DNA of 63,338 bases, filler included, from Reticulomyxa filosa (lineage: Eukaryota; Protista; Foraminifera), in NCBI GenBank assembly GCA_000512085.1. It is 21 parts of 21 records of this genome, joined end to end, with 100 filler letters (N's around TTAATTAATTAA, not from the genome) between each part and the next. Parts side by side here need not be neighbours in the genome. Positions count along the whole stretch, not along the records: positions 53,058 to 54,624 come from ASPP01000953.1; positions 54,725 to 56,606 come from ASPP01015939.1; positions 56,707 to 57,833 come from ASPP01001847.1; positions 57,934 to 60,840 come from ASPP01006472.1; positions 60,941 to 62,117 come from ASPP01020046.1; positions 62,218 to 63,338 come from ASPP01042899.1; 15 more parts are not named here. One strand, given 5' to 3'. The notes under the pieces were generated by a model that searched no databases, was not told the origin of the DNA, and worked only from the letters and a program-made list of their open reading frames with translations. Each line of letters opens with the position of its first letter. Position 1 is the stretch's first letter. Of the stretch, positions 53,058-63,338 are shown one piece after another. Made by a program: the position numbers and the translations under genes.

Positions 53058-53885
53058 ATGAACTTTTTGTGTTTATAAGCAAAATTTTAGTAGCAAATTT
53101 TGATTATTTTTTCTGGTTTACTAGATATACGTTTACACTTTTATAAGTAGTTTATAAAAGAAAAAAATTTTCAAAAATGATTGTAATTGAGGCATCATCT
53201 CCACATCACCTTGAGGTAGGTAGAAGAATGTATTCGCTTTTTACAAAATTATTTACAAGAAGATGCTTCTACAGTATATATATAATAACTACCGTTACAA
53301 ATAAAAACAAAAAACACCAACAAAAACTCTTAATATTTTGTATGTCCACACCTTGCTTTGATCAAAGCTCTTATACTATCAGCCATGGATTCAACTAACG
53401 TTATACAAATATCTTTGTCAATTTCTTCACATTCTTTCTCAAACGCATCACAAAGCTGCTCCAAAGATGTAACGTCATGGTTTTGGTGGATCTTCATCTT
53501 TATAATTCGCCACAGATTCTCGATCGGATTGAGGTCTGTGCTATGCTGAGGATGTTCTAAGAGCGATATTAGATTATTCTCCAAAAATTCCACAGTTGAA
53601 TTTGACTTGTGACAAGATGCATTGTCTTGATGAAAGATAAAGTCCTCATGATACTTTTCTTCGAGACAATATTTACTATAGTCCCAACACGAAAACTACC
53701 AACTTACAATCATTTTTCAACAACTTTTCTAAATTTTTGTTTATTGTTTTTATAAACTACTTATAAAAGTGTAAACGTATATCCAGTAAACCAGAAAAAA
53801 TAATTAAAATTTGCTACTAAAATTTTGCTTATAAACATAAAAAGTTCATATTTTAGGGTTGTCTAATTTTTTTTTGTCGCAACTG
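53058..53885 (-). mobile_element. Internally deleted Tc1 (DD34E) transposon with long TIRs
   Basis: FIFHQDNASCHKS..HSTDLNPIENLW, with 34 residues between D and E, ending ARCGHTKY*. 53058-53185 is the inverse of 53705-53850. The terminus reads CAGTTGCGAC on the minus strand next to TA at 53886-53887. Confidence 0.93.
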
Positions 53886-54789
53886 TAGTATCACAACATT
53901 TTTACTTGCGAATGTCAGTAAAAAAAATTTGATAAAGTTAAAAATGATAATTTTTTTTCACAGTTTAACATTATTGAGCATCTACAGCGTACATTGATAA
54001 ACTATTCAAGTATGAGTAGTGTCTGAATATATTGCATTGTGGTTAATGTGCTAAAATAAGTAAGGACTTTCTTTGCAATATGATTTATTTGTGAATTAAC
54101 AGTCTTCTCACTTCCAAGGGTTGGAACATTGCATAACAAGAGCAGAACGATTATGTGATAACTTGAGAAATTGGCATGATGTCCCAAGACAGTAAGAAAA
54201 GACAAAAAATTCGAAAATCGAACAAAAAAAAAGAAGTCCCTTTCTTTGTAAATATGTTTTGCCTCCATTGGCATCCTCGATAATAAAATATTGAAAATTG
54301 AAGAAGAGGTGACATGTCTCGTCAGCTGGACCAGCAAGGACGTCCTCTAACTTTAAATGCAGGTTCGTCCTATGTATTCCCGCTTGTCCAAGAGCCTTCG
54401 CAAATGAACCTGGGCCAAGGAGTGAGCCGAAACAACAGCAACGCATCAAGTCTTTCAGCGAGTTTTATCGAAGAGCTGGGAGGTCGAAGACCAAGTGCAA
54501 TAGTCCGATCAGAAGAAAGCAAAGAGAGCACCTACAGCAGTAAAATAGTTAAAAAGAATACTTGGACGTATCTACGTATAACAAAAAAAAAAAAAACGAA
54601 TTAAATTTGCTGTTCCCAATGGGANNNNNNNNNNNNNNNNNNNNNNNNNNNNNNNNNNNNNNNNNNNNTTAATTAATTAANNNNNNNNNNNNNNNNNNNN
54701 NNNNNNNNNNNNNNNNNNNNNNNNAAATATACATAATATATGTATGTATGTATTTAGTCGAATAAAACACATGGGCATAATATTAATAA

Positions 54790-55945
54790 CAGAATAACTA
54801 GTTGCTATCTTAAACTTGATGAATGAGGTGCTGGACAAGCAAATGATAAAAAGTCGTATCTTTGGTGGCGAGCATAATAGTAACCAATCCAAGGGCGTCG
54901 GTAGTATGACTTGTTAGGGAGTATACTTGTGTAGGCACGAGTGACACAAATGGACTGGCATCTTCCACTGGGTTGCGAGGGACATTACAAACATTGTCGT
55001 TATGGTCGTACCCATTCTCATCGCCATTGTCGTCATTGTCAATACAAAAAGTGGGCGTTGGCATTTCCAAAGTACGCTTAAGCAATGGCAACAGTGGCAT
55101 TTTCTTGTCGATTATTGCGCCCTTCAATTCGTCACAACCAACCATGATGGACACAACTCCGATTACCGCACTTATCAATTTTGTGGCTTGGATAAAACAT
55201 CTCTGTTTTTCTTTTTGTTTTTCATTTGCATTTTTTTCCTCTTCTTCTTCTTCTTGCTCACCATTATCATTGCGTAAGGTATCGTCTAACGCAATGGACC
55301 AAGTGTCCATTAACAGTCCCGTCAACCCTCTCTTCATGTAATCCAGCCAAGTCACTTTTTTCTTGGACCTTTCGCAACACATCAAAAAGTTGAGGAAATC
55401 GTGCAATACGTCTTCCTTGTCTTCAAAGGTTTCCAATTGTGATATGGTGAAGATTGGTTCAAACAGTGATGCGTATTGCTTTTTTTTTTTTTTTTTTTTG
55501 GTTATGGAAATTCAGTGTCTCGTTTTTTCGACCTCCCCCTTTTTTTTTTTCAAAAATGTATGCATATAAAATATCAATTTTTTTTTTTTTCAAAAAGGTA
55601 CCCAAAAACTTGTTTTACATGCACTTTTTCCTCCTGTGTTTTGAAAAGGTGGCTCTTGCTTGTCTTGCTTATCACATCGACCTCTTCACCTTGCATCAGC
55701 TGCCGTAGCTTCCATGCTATATAAACGTTTGACGGACTTAGATCCTCGACTTCCTTTCGGTTTAGTGCGTTTTGTTCATTGTCTTCATATTCAATGTACT
55801 CTTCTGATTCACCTCTTTCGTCCTTACTCTTCTCCTTTGCATTTGAGTCTCCAATTGCTTCGTTTGTTCTTCTTCGCTTACTTCTTTTCATTTTTGTTAT
55901 TGCATTCTCATTGTCAACTTTTTTTTTTTTCATTTTTCTTTGTCC
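54790..55945 (-). CDS. Hypothetical alpha-helical protein, 3'-truncated
   Basis: ORFs 55574-55966 and 54810-55436 separated by an intron with an A-rich acceptor region. Confidence 0.55.
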
Positions 55946-56706
55946 AAATATGTAATTTATATTCACCTATGCTTATTATTGTTTTTTTAGAGATTACCAA
56001 CCTGTTGGACTGCCCTCTTTCTTGGATAAGGGAAATATGTTCGCTCCGTTCGAATGTTAAACGTATCGAGCGTGGTTTCTGTTCGAGTGCAAATTTGGCC
56101 CATTATAAATATGTTTGACTATAGTGCAAGCTCAACATTAAAGGGAATAACCGTCACTTGCCGTGTTTTAAACAACTCGGAATATTGGGCAGTGTTGTAT
56201 GGCCAAGAACACAGCAGAACAAAATTACAAGAAAACCAGTTTCTTTACATTTATCAGGATAATAGCTGACGTGTGAAAAGACGCTTTATATTTTCTTTTC
56301 TAGCTTTTTCTGTTAGCAGCTGCTCCTAAGTTAACATGCAATGAAATAAAAAAATAAGGAGACAAGAAGAGCTCCAAGTCAATTCATACAGTGGCATCAG
56401 CTCAAGACAATACAAAACAGGCAAGAAATAAAAATGTAACAAAGTGAGTTGGGAAGTGACATCCGTAAAGAACAAGAAAAAATTATTAAAAAATCAAACA
56501 AACAATGGACAACAATACAGAAAAAACAAATACAAATTTTAGCTTGGAATCGAAAAAACCAGAATTAAAAAAAAGAGGAGGTTAGGAAGAGCAGGGGAAA
56601 AAAAAANNNNNNNNNNNNNNNNNNNNNNNNNNNNNNNNNNNNNNNNNNNNTTAATTAATTAANNNNNNNNNNNNNNNNNNNNNNNNNNNNNNNNNNNNNN
56701 NNNNNN

Positions 56707-56779
56707 GCTACTAAAATTTTTGTTAGAAACACAAAAAGTTCATATTTTATGGCTGTCTAATTTTTTTTTTTCGCAACTG
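56707..56779. mobile_element. Outer end of the same Tc1 TIR
   Basis: Matches 53813-53885 and ends CGCAACTG followed by TA. Confidence 0.85.
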
Positions 56780-57447
56780 TATAACACATGTTTACAGTTT
56801 TAACAACATAAAATAAAAAAAACATTTAACAATACAAGATATTCTGTTTCTTTTTGAATCAGCATCTATGCATTTATGTGTTTATATGCTTGTTAACTTT
56901 TCTATTTGTTTACCTGTATACGTAATAATTTTACGCATTAAGCGATTTATTTTTTTTCTTGGTATAGTTAACTTTACTTTTGTTTATAGTTATAATTGTA
57001 TTTCTTTTCGTTTCTATGTATTAGTGATTTTTTCGTTTCTTATTCTTAGCGGTTGGTTCATCGAATATTACTTTCCTCTTTTTCTGGCTTAGTATGTCCT
57101 TTTCATTAGTAACTGCAATATACTCCATTTCGTTAATTTAATATTAACTAGGATCATTGAATTGATTTCTATAAGTAAATTTATTTCTTTTAAGTTTATT
57201 TTGTAAATTTAAGAAATTATGTAAGCATTATTTTTTTTTGCATTGGTAAAGTTTAAATTGTAAAAAAGCTTTCTAATTAAGTGATAATGAAGAAAATCAG
57301 ATGGCCCAGTGAGAAGAAACACAACAAGCTTTACAATTTTTCAAAGTAGACAGTGGAAAAAGGGTCCAAAAATCATTGTATAAGATTGATATTAGAAAGA
57401 GGGGGGAAAGATAGAAAAAATATATATAAAGAGTAAGTGGGGAAAGA

Positions 57448-57933
57448 ATGAGCATGGATCGATATGAACTAGCCTCTGCTTCGCAGCCCCAAATCCGTTA
57501 TCTCGACGGGTTGTTAACCCCGTCGTTCCGTCCTTCACATAATAAGTTTGACGAAGAGAATGGACGAGCAAACACAAAGACAGCAGAAGAGAGGAAGACA
57601 ATGTTGCTAGCGGCAATATCAGCAAAGATCCGTCACCAAAAGATTGAAAGATATTTTGTGCGAAATTTGGAAAGATACCCACAGTGGGACGAAATAATCG
57701 ACGCGTTTATCGAATATTTGCTTGGTTTTGCAAAAAAGCCATCGACAGCAGAAGCGACAGAAAAGAAGGAAAGCGAAGCATTATCAAGTACGACGAGCGC
57801 AGCAAAGGGGACACGATATCAATCACAATCACANNNNNNNNNNNNNNNNNNNNNNNNNNNNNNNNNNNNNNNNNNNNTTAATTAATTAANNNNNNNNNNN
57901 NNNNNNNNNNNNNNNNNNNNNNNNNNNNNNNNN

Positions 57934-57973
<40 letters not shown>

Positions 57974-58740
57974 TTATTATAAAAAGTTCTTCATTGAGGT
58001 GACGGCTCCCAAAAATGTTAGCGTGAGACCACACTCACCAAATCCACCTGCACACTCCAATTATCCCTTCTCCGAAGATGGGAAAAGTGAAAGGGGTCGC
58101 CACGACGATATCGACGACGATGAAGATGACAATACAAATGATAATGGCTATAATGATGGGAACAAAAGTGATAACTCAGAGAGAAAGTCTGTCAAAAGCT
58201 TGGATGCCAGGACTTACATTCGCAAAACACAACAACTTCGAAAACAAAAACATCATCCAATTGGAACTAAAAAGAAACTAGCGTTTTGTTTTGTTTGTCA
58301 ATAGAGATTTATACATTTCTTTTTGCTCATTTGTTTGTTTGTTTTTAAATAGCAATGTCACAACAAATCAAGATGATGACATATATTCTGTAAGGTCATT
58401 TAATATTGCTGATCTTCGTAAATCCAAATCTGCAGAAAACAAACATCCCAAACAAATCCATAAAAAAAAGACAGCTGGTAGTGTCCAACAGTTTTGTATT
58501 TTTTTTTATTTTTTTATTTTTTTTTGCTCATTCACTCATCCGTCTTTTGCACACTTTCAAACATCACAAATGGCTCATGTGCACTGAAAATTTTTGAAGT
58601 TGCATATTAAATGGAAATTTGTATGATGCTTGTTTGTTTTCTTAAATCGTGATTTCAAATTAGTGTAAGGAATCGCTTATTGGCAGTTCCCGGTCCTGTG
58701 GTATCTGGACAGCCTGTCAATCCGTCTTCAGCTCATGACT
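57448..58740 (+). CDS. Hypothetical protein fragments on both sides of a spacer
   Basis: ORFs 57448, 57999 and further small exons. No domain recognised. Confidence 0.4.
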
Positions 58741-59297
58741 GAAGATCTTTCTTTCCTTTTTTCCTCGAATTATTGTTCTTTTGTTAGTTTGGTCGTTTTG
58801 TAAAAGCACAGTTCTATGTTGCTATGAGAGGAAAAAAGTGGTGAATAATTGTATCTTTTGTGGATGTTTCTAGCTTTTTTTCCTCAAGCTTTTTTTTTCG
58901 GCGGCAAAAAGTGTGTTTTTTTTAAGCAAAAGTGCCCAAGTTTGAGACAAGTATCAGTTGTGCATCAAGATTTTGCTTTGCCAATATTATTTTATTTGTT
59001 GTTTTTTTCCCCAAGAAATAATTACTAATTACTTCTGAACAACTTTCTGAGTGACACAAAAAAAGATTGAAGATTTTTAGAATTGCACAATTTCAACTTG
59101 TTTTTATTTGAGATGCAAGGATCAGTTAAAGGAAAAAGGAAGATATATCATTACTTCCATGTTTCTTTTATTGTTTTTCAAATCATAAAAAAAAACCTTT
59201 TTCACCACATAGCGAACACCAGACACTTTTTTTTAAAGTCAGTTTCATTACAAACAATTTTTTGGACTGCTTTTAGTTTGTTGGCTCCATTTTTTAA

Positions 59298-60750
59298 TCA
59301 TTCAGCAACAGTTGGCGCTTGTTCTGACTGTTGTGATTGGTCCGTTTTTTGTTCTGTTTCAGGGACTGGTTGATTTTCATTGATAGTTGATTGTGTTGAT
59401 GTTTCTACGTTGGTTTGTGAGGGAGTCTTTTCTTCTTGTTTTTCCTCGACCTGAGGAGCTGCCGCAGTTGTAGCAGTATCTCCGCTTGCCTTATCAGTTG
59501 CATTTGTGCTTGCACTTGTGTCACTAGCAGAGGCAGCGCTTACACTAGCATTAGCATCAGTGATGAATGGAGGATCAGGCCGAGTATCTATCTCGGTACC
59601 ATGATGATCTAAAGAAGAAGAAACAGGAGCAGGAGCAAAAGTAGGAACAGCGGCAGTGGCCGAAGAATTGTTGACCTTGTTGGTATAAACAATATTTTGT
59701 AAAACAGTTTGGTAATCAATTCCATTGGCTTTCATTCGTTCTTTGATAGAAGTATTTTGCTGTTGCAGACCACGACATAGTTTTTGCAACAAATCTGCTT
59801 TACGACTTCCAGCACGTAAAGACTGTTGCAGCACGTCATTGTAGGTATTGGCCTGAGTATATTTGGCCATCAAATTTTTTAATTCTTGATGCAAGTCCGT
59901 ATTTTCTTGCAGCACTTTGGTTTTCATTTCCTTGAATTGGTTGATAGTGTCCGCATTGCTTTGCATTTTCCTTGCCGTTTCGGTAAATTTCGACTCATGT
60001 TCTTTGCACTTCTTTTCCAGCTGTGAGTTTTCCTCCAGCGAACGGGCCAATTTTTTCGTCAGGTTTTTTATTTCTTGTTTGCACGAGTCCACCGCAGTTC
60101 GCATGTTTATTTTTTCCGTTTCTTGCAATTTCTCTTTTTATTATTATTATTATTATTTTTATTAAAAAAAATGAGAAAAGGTAATTTCAATCAGATTTAT
60201 TATAGTATACGTATTTTTTTATTTTTATTTTTTTTGCAAAGGATGATATAATAGCAACACAAACTAAGAAGAGGAAGAGAAAACAAAAAAAAAAAAAAGG
60301 TAAGTATACGTTACCCTCATCAATTGTTGTTATTTTTTATTTTTTAAAAAACGCACACATACACACACAAACCTAATTGCGAAGCATGGCTTTTATAGTT
60401 ACTATAATCAGTGGTTCTTTTGCGTTCAAATTCGACCAATTCGTCGATTTTAAGGCGATAAACTTCATTTTCTTGAATGAGTTTGACGTACTTGGCTTGG
60501 TGTTCGCCCATCTGTTTTCGAATGTTTTCCAATGACTCATCAAATTTTTTTTGAATGTTTTCTCGCCATTCCTGTTCCTTGCCTTGCATGATTTTCAAAT
60601 TGGCGCCGAGTTGTTTGTTTTCGTTTTGCAACGTCCGGCACAAGTTGCTCAGCATTATATTCTTCTCCGTCACCACTTGGTTGTGTTGTCGCAGCGACAT
60701 TTCGTTGTCCACCAATTCGTAGAACATGTCATTTACACCATTTACATAGT
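59298..60750 (-). CDS. Taxilin-family coiled-coil protein
   Basis: Twin motifs LSNLCRTLQNENKQL and LQKLCRGLQQQN, plus EQEWRENIQKKFDESLENIR. Confidence 0.8.
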
Positions 60751-60798
60751 CTGTCTGTACAAAGCAACACACATTTTATTTTTTATTTTTTATTGTCA

Positions 60799-60838
<40 letters not shown>

Positions 60839-60940
60839 AANNNNNNNNNNNNNNNNNNNNNNNNNNNNNNNNNNNNNNNNNNNNTTAATTAATTAANNNN
60901 NNNNNNNNNNNNNNNNNNNNNNNNNNNNNNNNNNNNNNNN

Positions 60941-61150
60941 GTTTCAAATTCAGTGCTCAAGTATTCAATTCGAGAAAACAAATGGACGATATTTGAAAAT
61001 GCTTTGCCCAGTCCATTACATTATTGTGTCGCGATATGGAGCAAAGAAGACAATCATATCCACATTATTGGAGGAAAAGATGATAAATATGCAGCAGTAT
61101 CAACTCACATGAAGACTAATGTTTGTGTATGGGACCCTTCACTGCTGGTA
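60941..61150 (+). CDS. Kelch-family protein fragment
   Basis: KYSIRENKWTIFENALPSPLHYCVAIWSKEDNHIHIIGGKD. Confidence 0.75.
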
Positions 61151-61659
61151 ATAATTTGTGTGTTTATTTGTTTTAATGAAACATAAATAAATTAAACAAA
61201 TAGTAGACACGATTAAAATATTTTTTAACTATTACATCTTTACTTTAATTTTTTATTCATCATTATAAAATTTACAATTTTTTTAAAAGTATTTTTAAAT
61301 TTAAAAAAACGATACAAAAACAAATACCTAATATTTTCACTATCTCTTTTTCTCTCTTTTTGTATCATATTTTTTTGTTTATTGTAAATTTTTAAAAAAA
61401 AAAGGAGACAAAAATATTTTTAAATTTTTGTTTCATAATAATCATTAACTAAACAAAAGAATGTCCCATACAGTTTTTGTTTGCATTGAAAAAAAGATGC
61501 ATGAAGTGCTACTTGCTTTCATGGAATTCAAAAACTTGCAGGAAAGTGCGTTGAAGATTTTAACAACTTCAGACAACAAATGTAAAAATTTCAATATTTG
61601 TTTATTCATTAAACCAAAAATATTTTAAAATACAATTCGAGAAAATAATCCATATCAAG

Positions 61660-62117
61660 AATGGTATAATAAATGCATTAGATAAATTAAATTTCAAACA
61701 AGCAATTCAATTATTTTGTCTTGCACTTTATGTTAAATTACAAACATTACATTATTCTCATATTGATGGTAGAGCACATGATAATAAAGGTGAATATGGC
61801 AAAGCAACTAAACTCTATAAAAAATCTTTAAAAATTAAATTGGATATATTTGAATCGGATCATATTGATATTGCTACTTTATATAATGATTTAGGATATG
61901 TTTATTGCAATAAAAAAGAATATAACAAAACGATTGAATATTTTGAAAATGCATTAAAAGTGTGTAAAAATATATTTGAAAATTTGGATGAACGAATGTT
62001 GTTGGGGTTTGAGACTTTCTTTTAAACAAGCAGAAGAAAAGGAAATGGCAAGAAAATATTTTGAAGAATCATGGAAAATATACAGTGTCATATTTGGAGA
62101 ATGGGATGAAAGGACAT
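61660..62117 (+). pseudogene. TPR-repeat gene, degenerate
   Basis: KGEYGKATKLYKKSLKIKLDIFESDHIDIATLYNDLGYVYCNKKEYNKTIEYFENALK, with frameshifts. Confidence 0.75.
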
Positions 62118-62852
62118 NNNNNNNNNNNNNNNNNNNNNNNNNNNNNNNNNNNNNNNNNNNNTTAATTAATTAANNNNNNNNNNNNNNNNNNNNNNNNNNN
62201 NNNNNNNNNNNNNNNNNTGGACAGTAAGAAAATCTAATCTTCTTTTGAACTACTATTTCAGGTAGTTAAAAACCTTATTGTTGCCCTGGTTCCTTACCAT
62301 TTATAAAATTTCATTCATCACATTTTTTTTTTTTTGTGTGGTTAGAAAATTTTATCTAATAGAAGTTTTTGCTTTTGTGTTTGTGTATATGATATGATAA
62401 TTATGTGCAAGAGATTTTTTGTATGTAATTGCGCCAATAGATATTATGGTTTTATTGTTAATGTTATTTTGCGTATGATGGCTATTGTAGTCAATAATAA
62501 GCAAAAAAAAAAAAATAGTTCATTACAAAATGTGGATCAACGAAAATATATTTTGTTGGATCAACACACTGTACAATATATGAAGAAAACTAAATCGCAA
62601 GGCATTGACAATTATATCAGTAACATCAAACATACATTAAATACTTTTGAGTAGCCAGCATGCTGATTGAAAATAAATTACTTTTTCTTGTTGGAATTGT
62701 ACATAAACTTCTTTCAAGTTGATAGTCACAGCGCCACCAATCGATACAATGCCTTAAAAGAAAAAAAACCAAGAAACAAAAATTGCTTTGGTATTTGTTC
62801 CTTCCATGAATAAAAGGTCTTTTCCTTTTGTTTTTCAACGTTCAATTGCAAG

Positions 62853-63338
62853 ATGATTATATATTCATTAGTTGCTTGGATTTATTTTTGTTTGAGCAAC
62901 TCAAATGCCGCCAGTACGTCATTTGGGCATGACATGTTACAATATTTTGCGCTGAATCCAAATTACACTAACTTTAACTTTGGTGTTTTTTAAGTGTACA
63001 TTAAAAAACTTGTACACGCAATAAACTTTTTTTTGATATCAAAAGACAAAGAGAGAGGGGGGGGGGAGGGGGGAAAAAAAAAACAACGTTTGTAACTAGG
63101 TTCATATGGTTCAGCTCCTTTAAGTGTAATGCAATACCAAGAAGAGATTCGATTGAAGATAGAGAGTTGTCCAGACTGTTGGTTTCGTAACATATCTCCA
63201 AATAGTTTTAATCGGCAATCGTATTTGACGTCGCTATTGCAACGTTTAGCGAGATATCTTGGAATAGAAAACTGGGAGGATTTGGTGTTTATAACCAATG
63301 CTTCACATGGTGTAAATGCAGTGTTACGAAGCATAGGA
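62853..63338 (+). CDS. Class-V PLP enzyme (L-cysteine desulfhydrase/Egt2/isopenicillin N epimerase-like), 5' part; absent from the ORF track
   Basis: Exon 1 MIIYSLVAW..FGHDMLQYFALNPNYTNFNF. GT-AG intron 62983-63099. Exon 2 GSYGSAP..IESCPDCWFR..DLVFITNASHGVNAVLRS. Confidence 0.88.

Overview
AT-rich, intron-containing eukaryotic DNA made of 21 short contig pieces joined by 20 artificial 100-nt spacers (N-run, TTAATTAATTAA, N-run), so adjacency across spacers is not meaningful. The repeated WD40, Kelch, TPR and 7TM families suggest a foraminiferan such as Reticulomyxa filosa (inference, not verified). Recognisable genes or fragments: three WD40 paralogues, an SCP/CTDSP phosphatase, an IGR/mS41-like protein, a large MYCBP2/HECTD4-like protein, RhoGAP and SET1-like pseudogenes, acetyl-CoA synthetase, an inositol polyphosphate kinase, 7TM proteins, a TBC RabGAP, a MIT plus F-box protein, a taxilin and a class-V PLP lyase. 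Mobile DNA comprises three pieces of one Tc1 (DD34E) family and a decayed CRE-like non-LTR retrotransposon that begins inside a Tc1 TIR. The most striking unexplained feature is a 306-nt minus-strand element (15751-16056). Its two ends form a tRNA-like acceptor/D/T framework, its anticodon loop is replaced by a ~230-nt multi-helix domain with GNRA and UUCG loops, and it is followed by an A-rich tail. Also notable is a Hint (intein-like) domain embedded in another protein (43328-44361).
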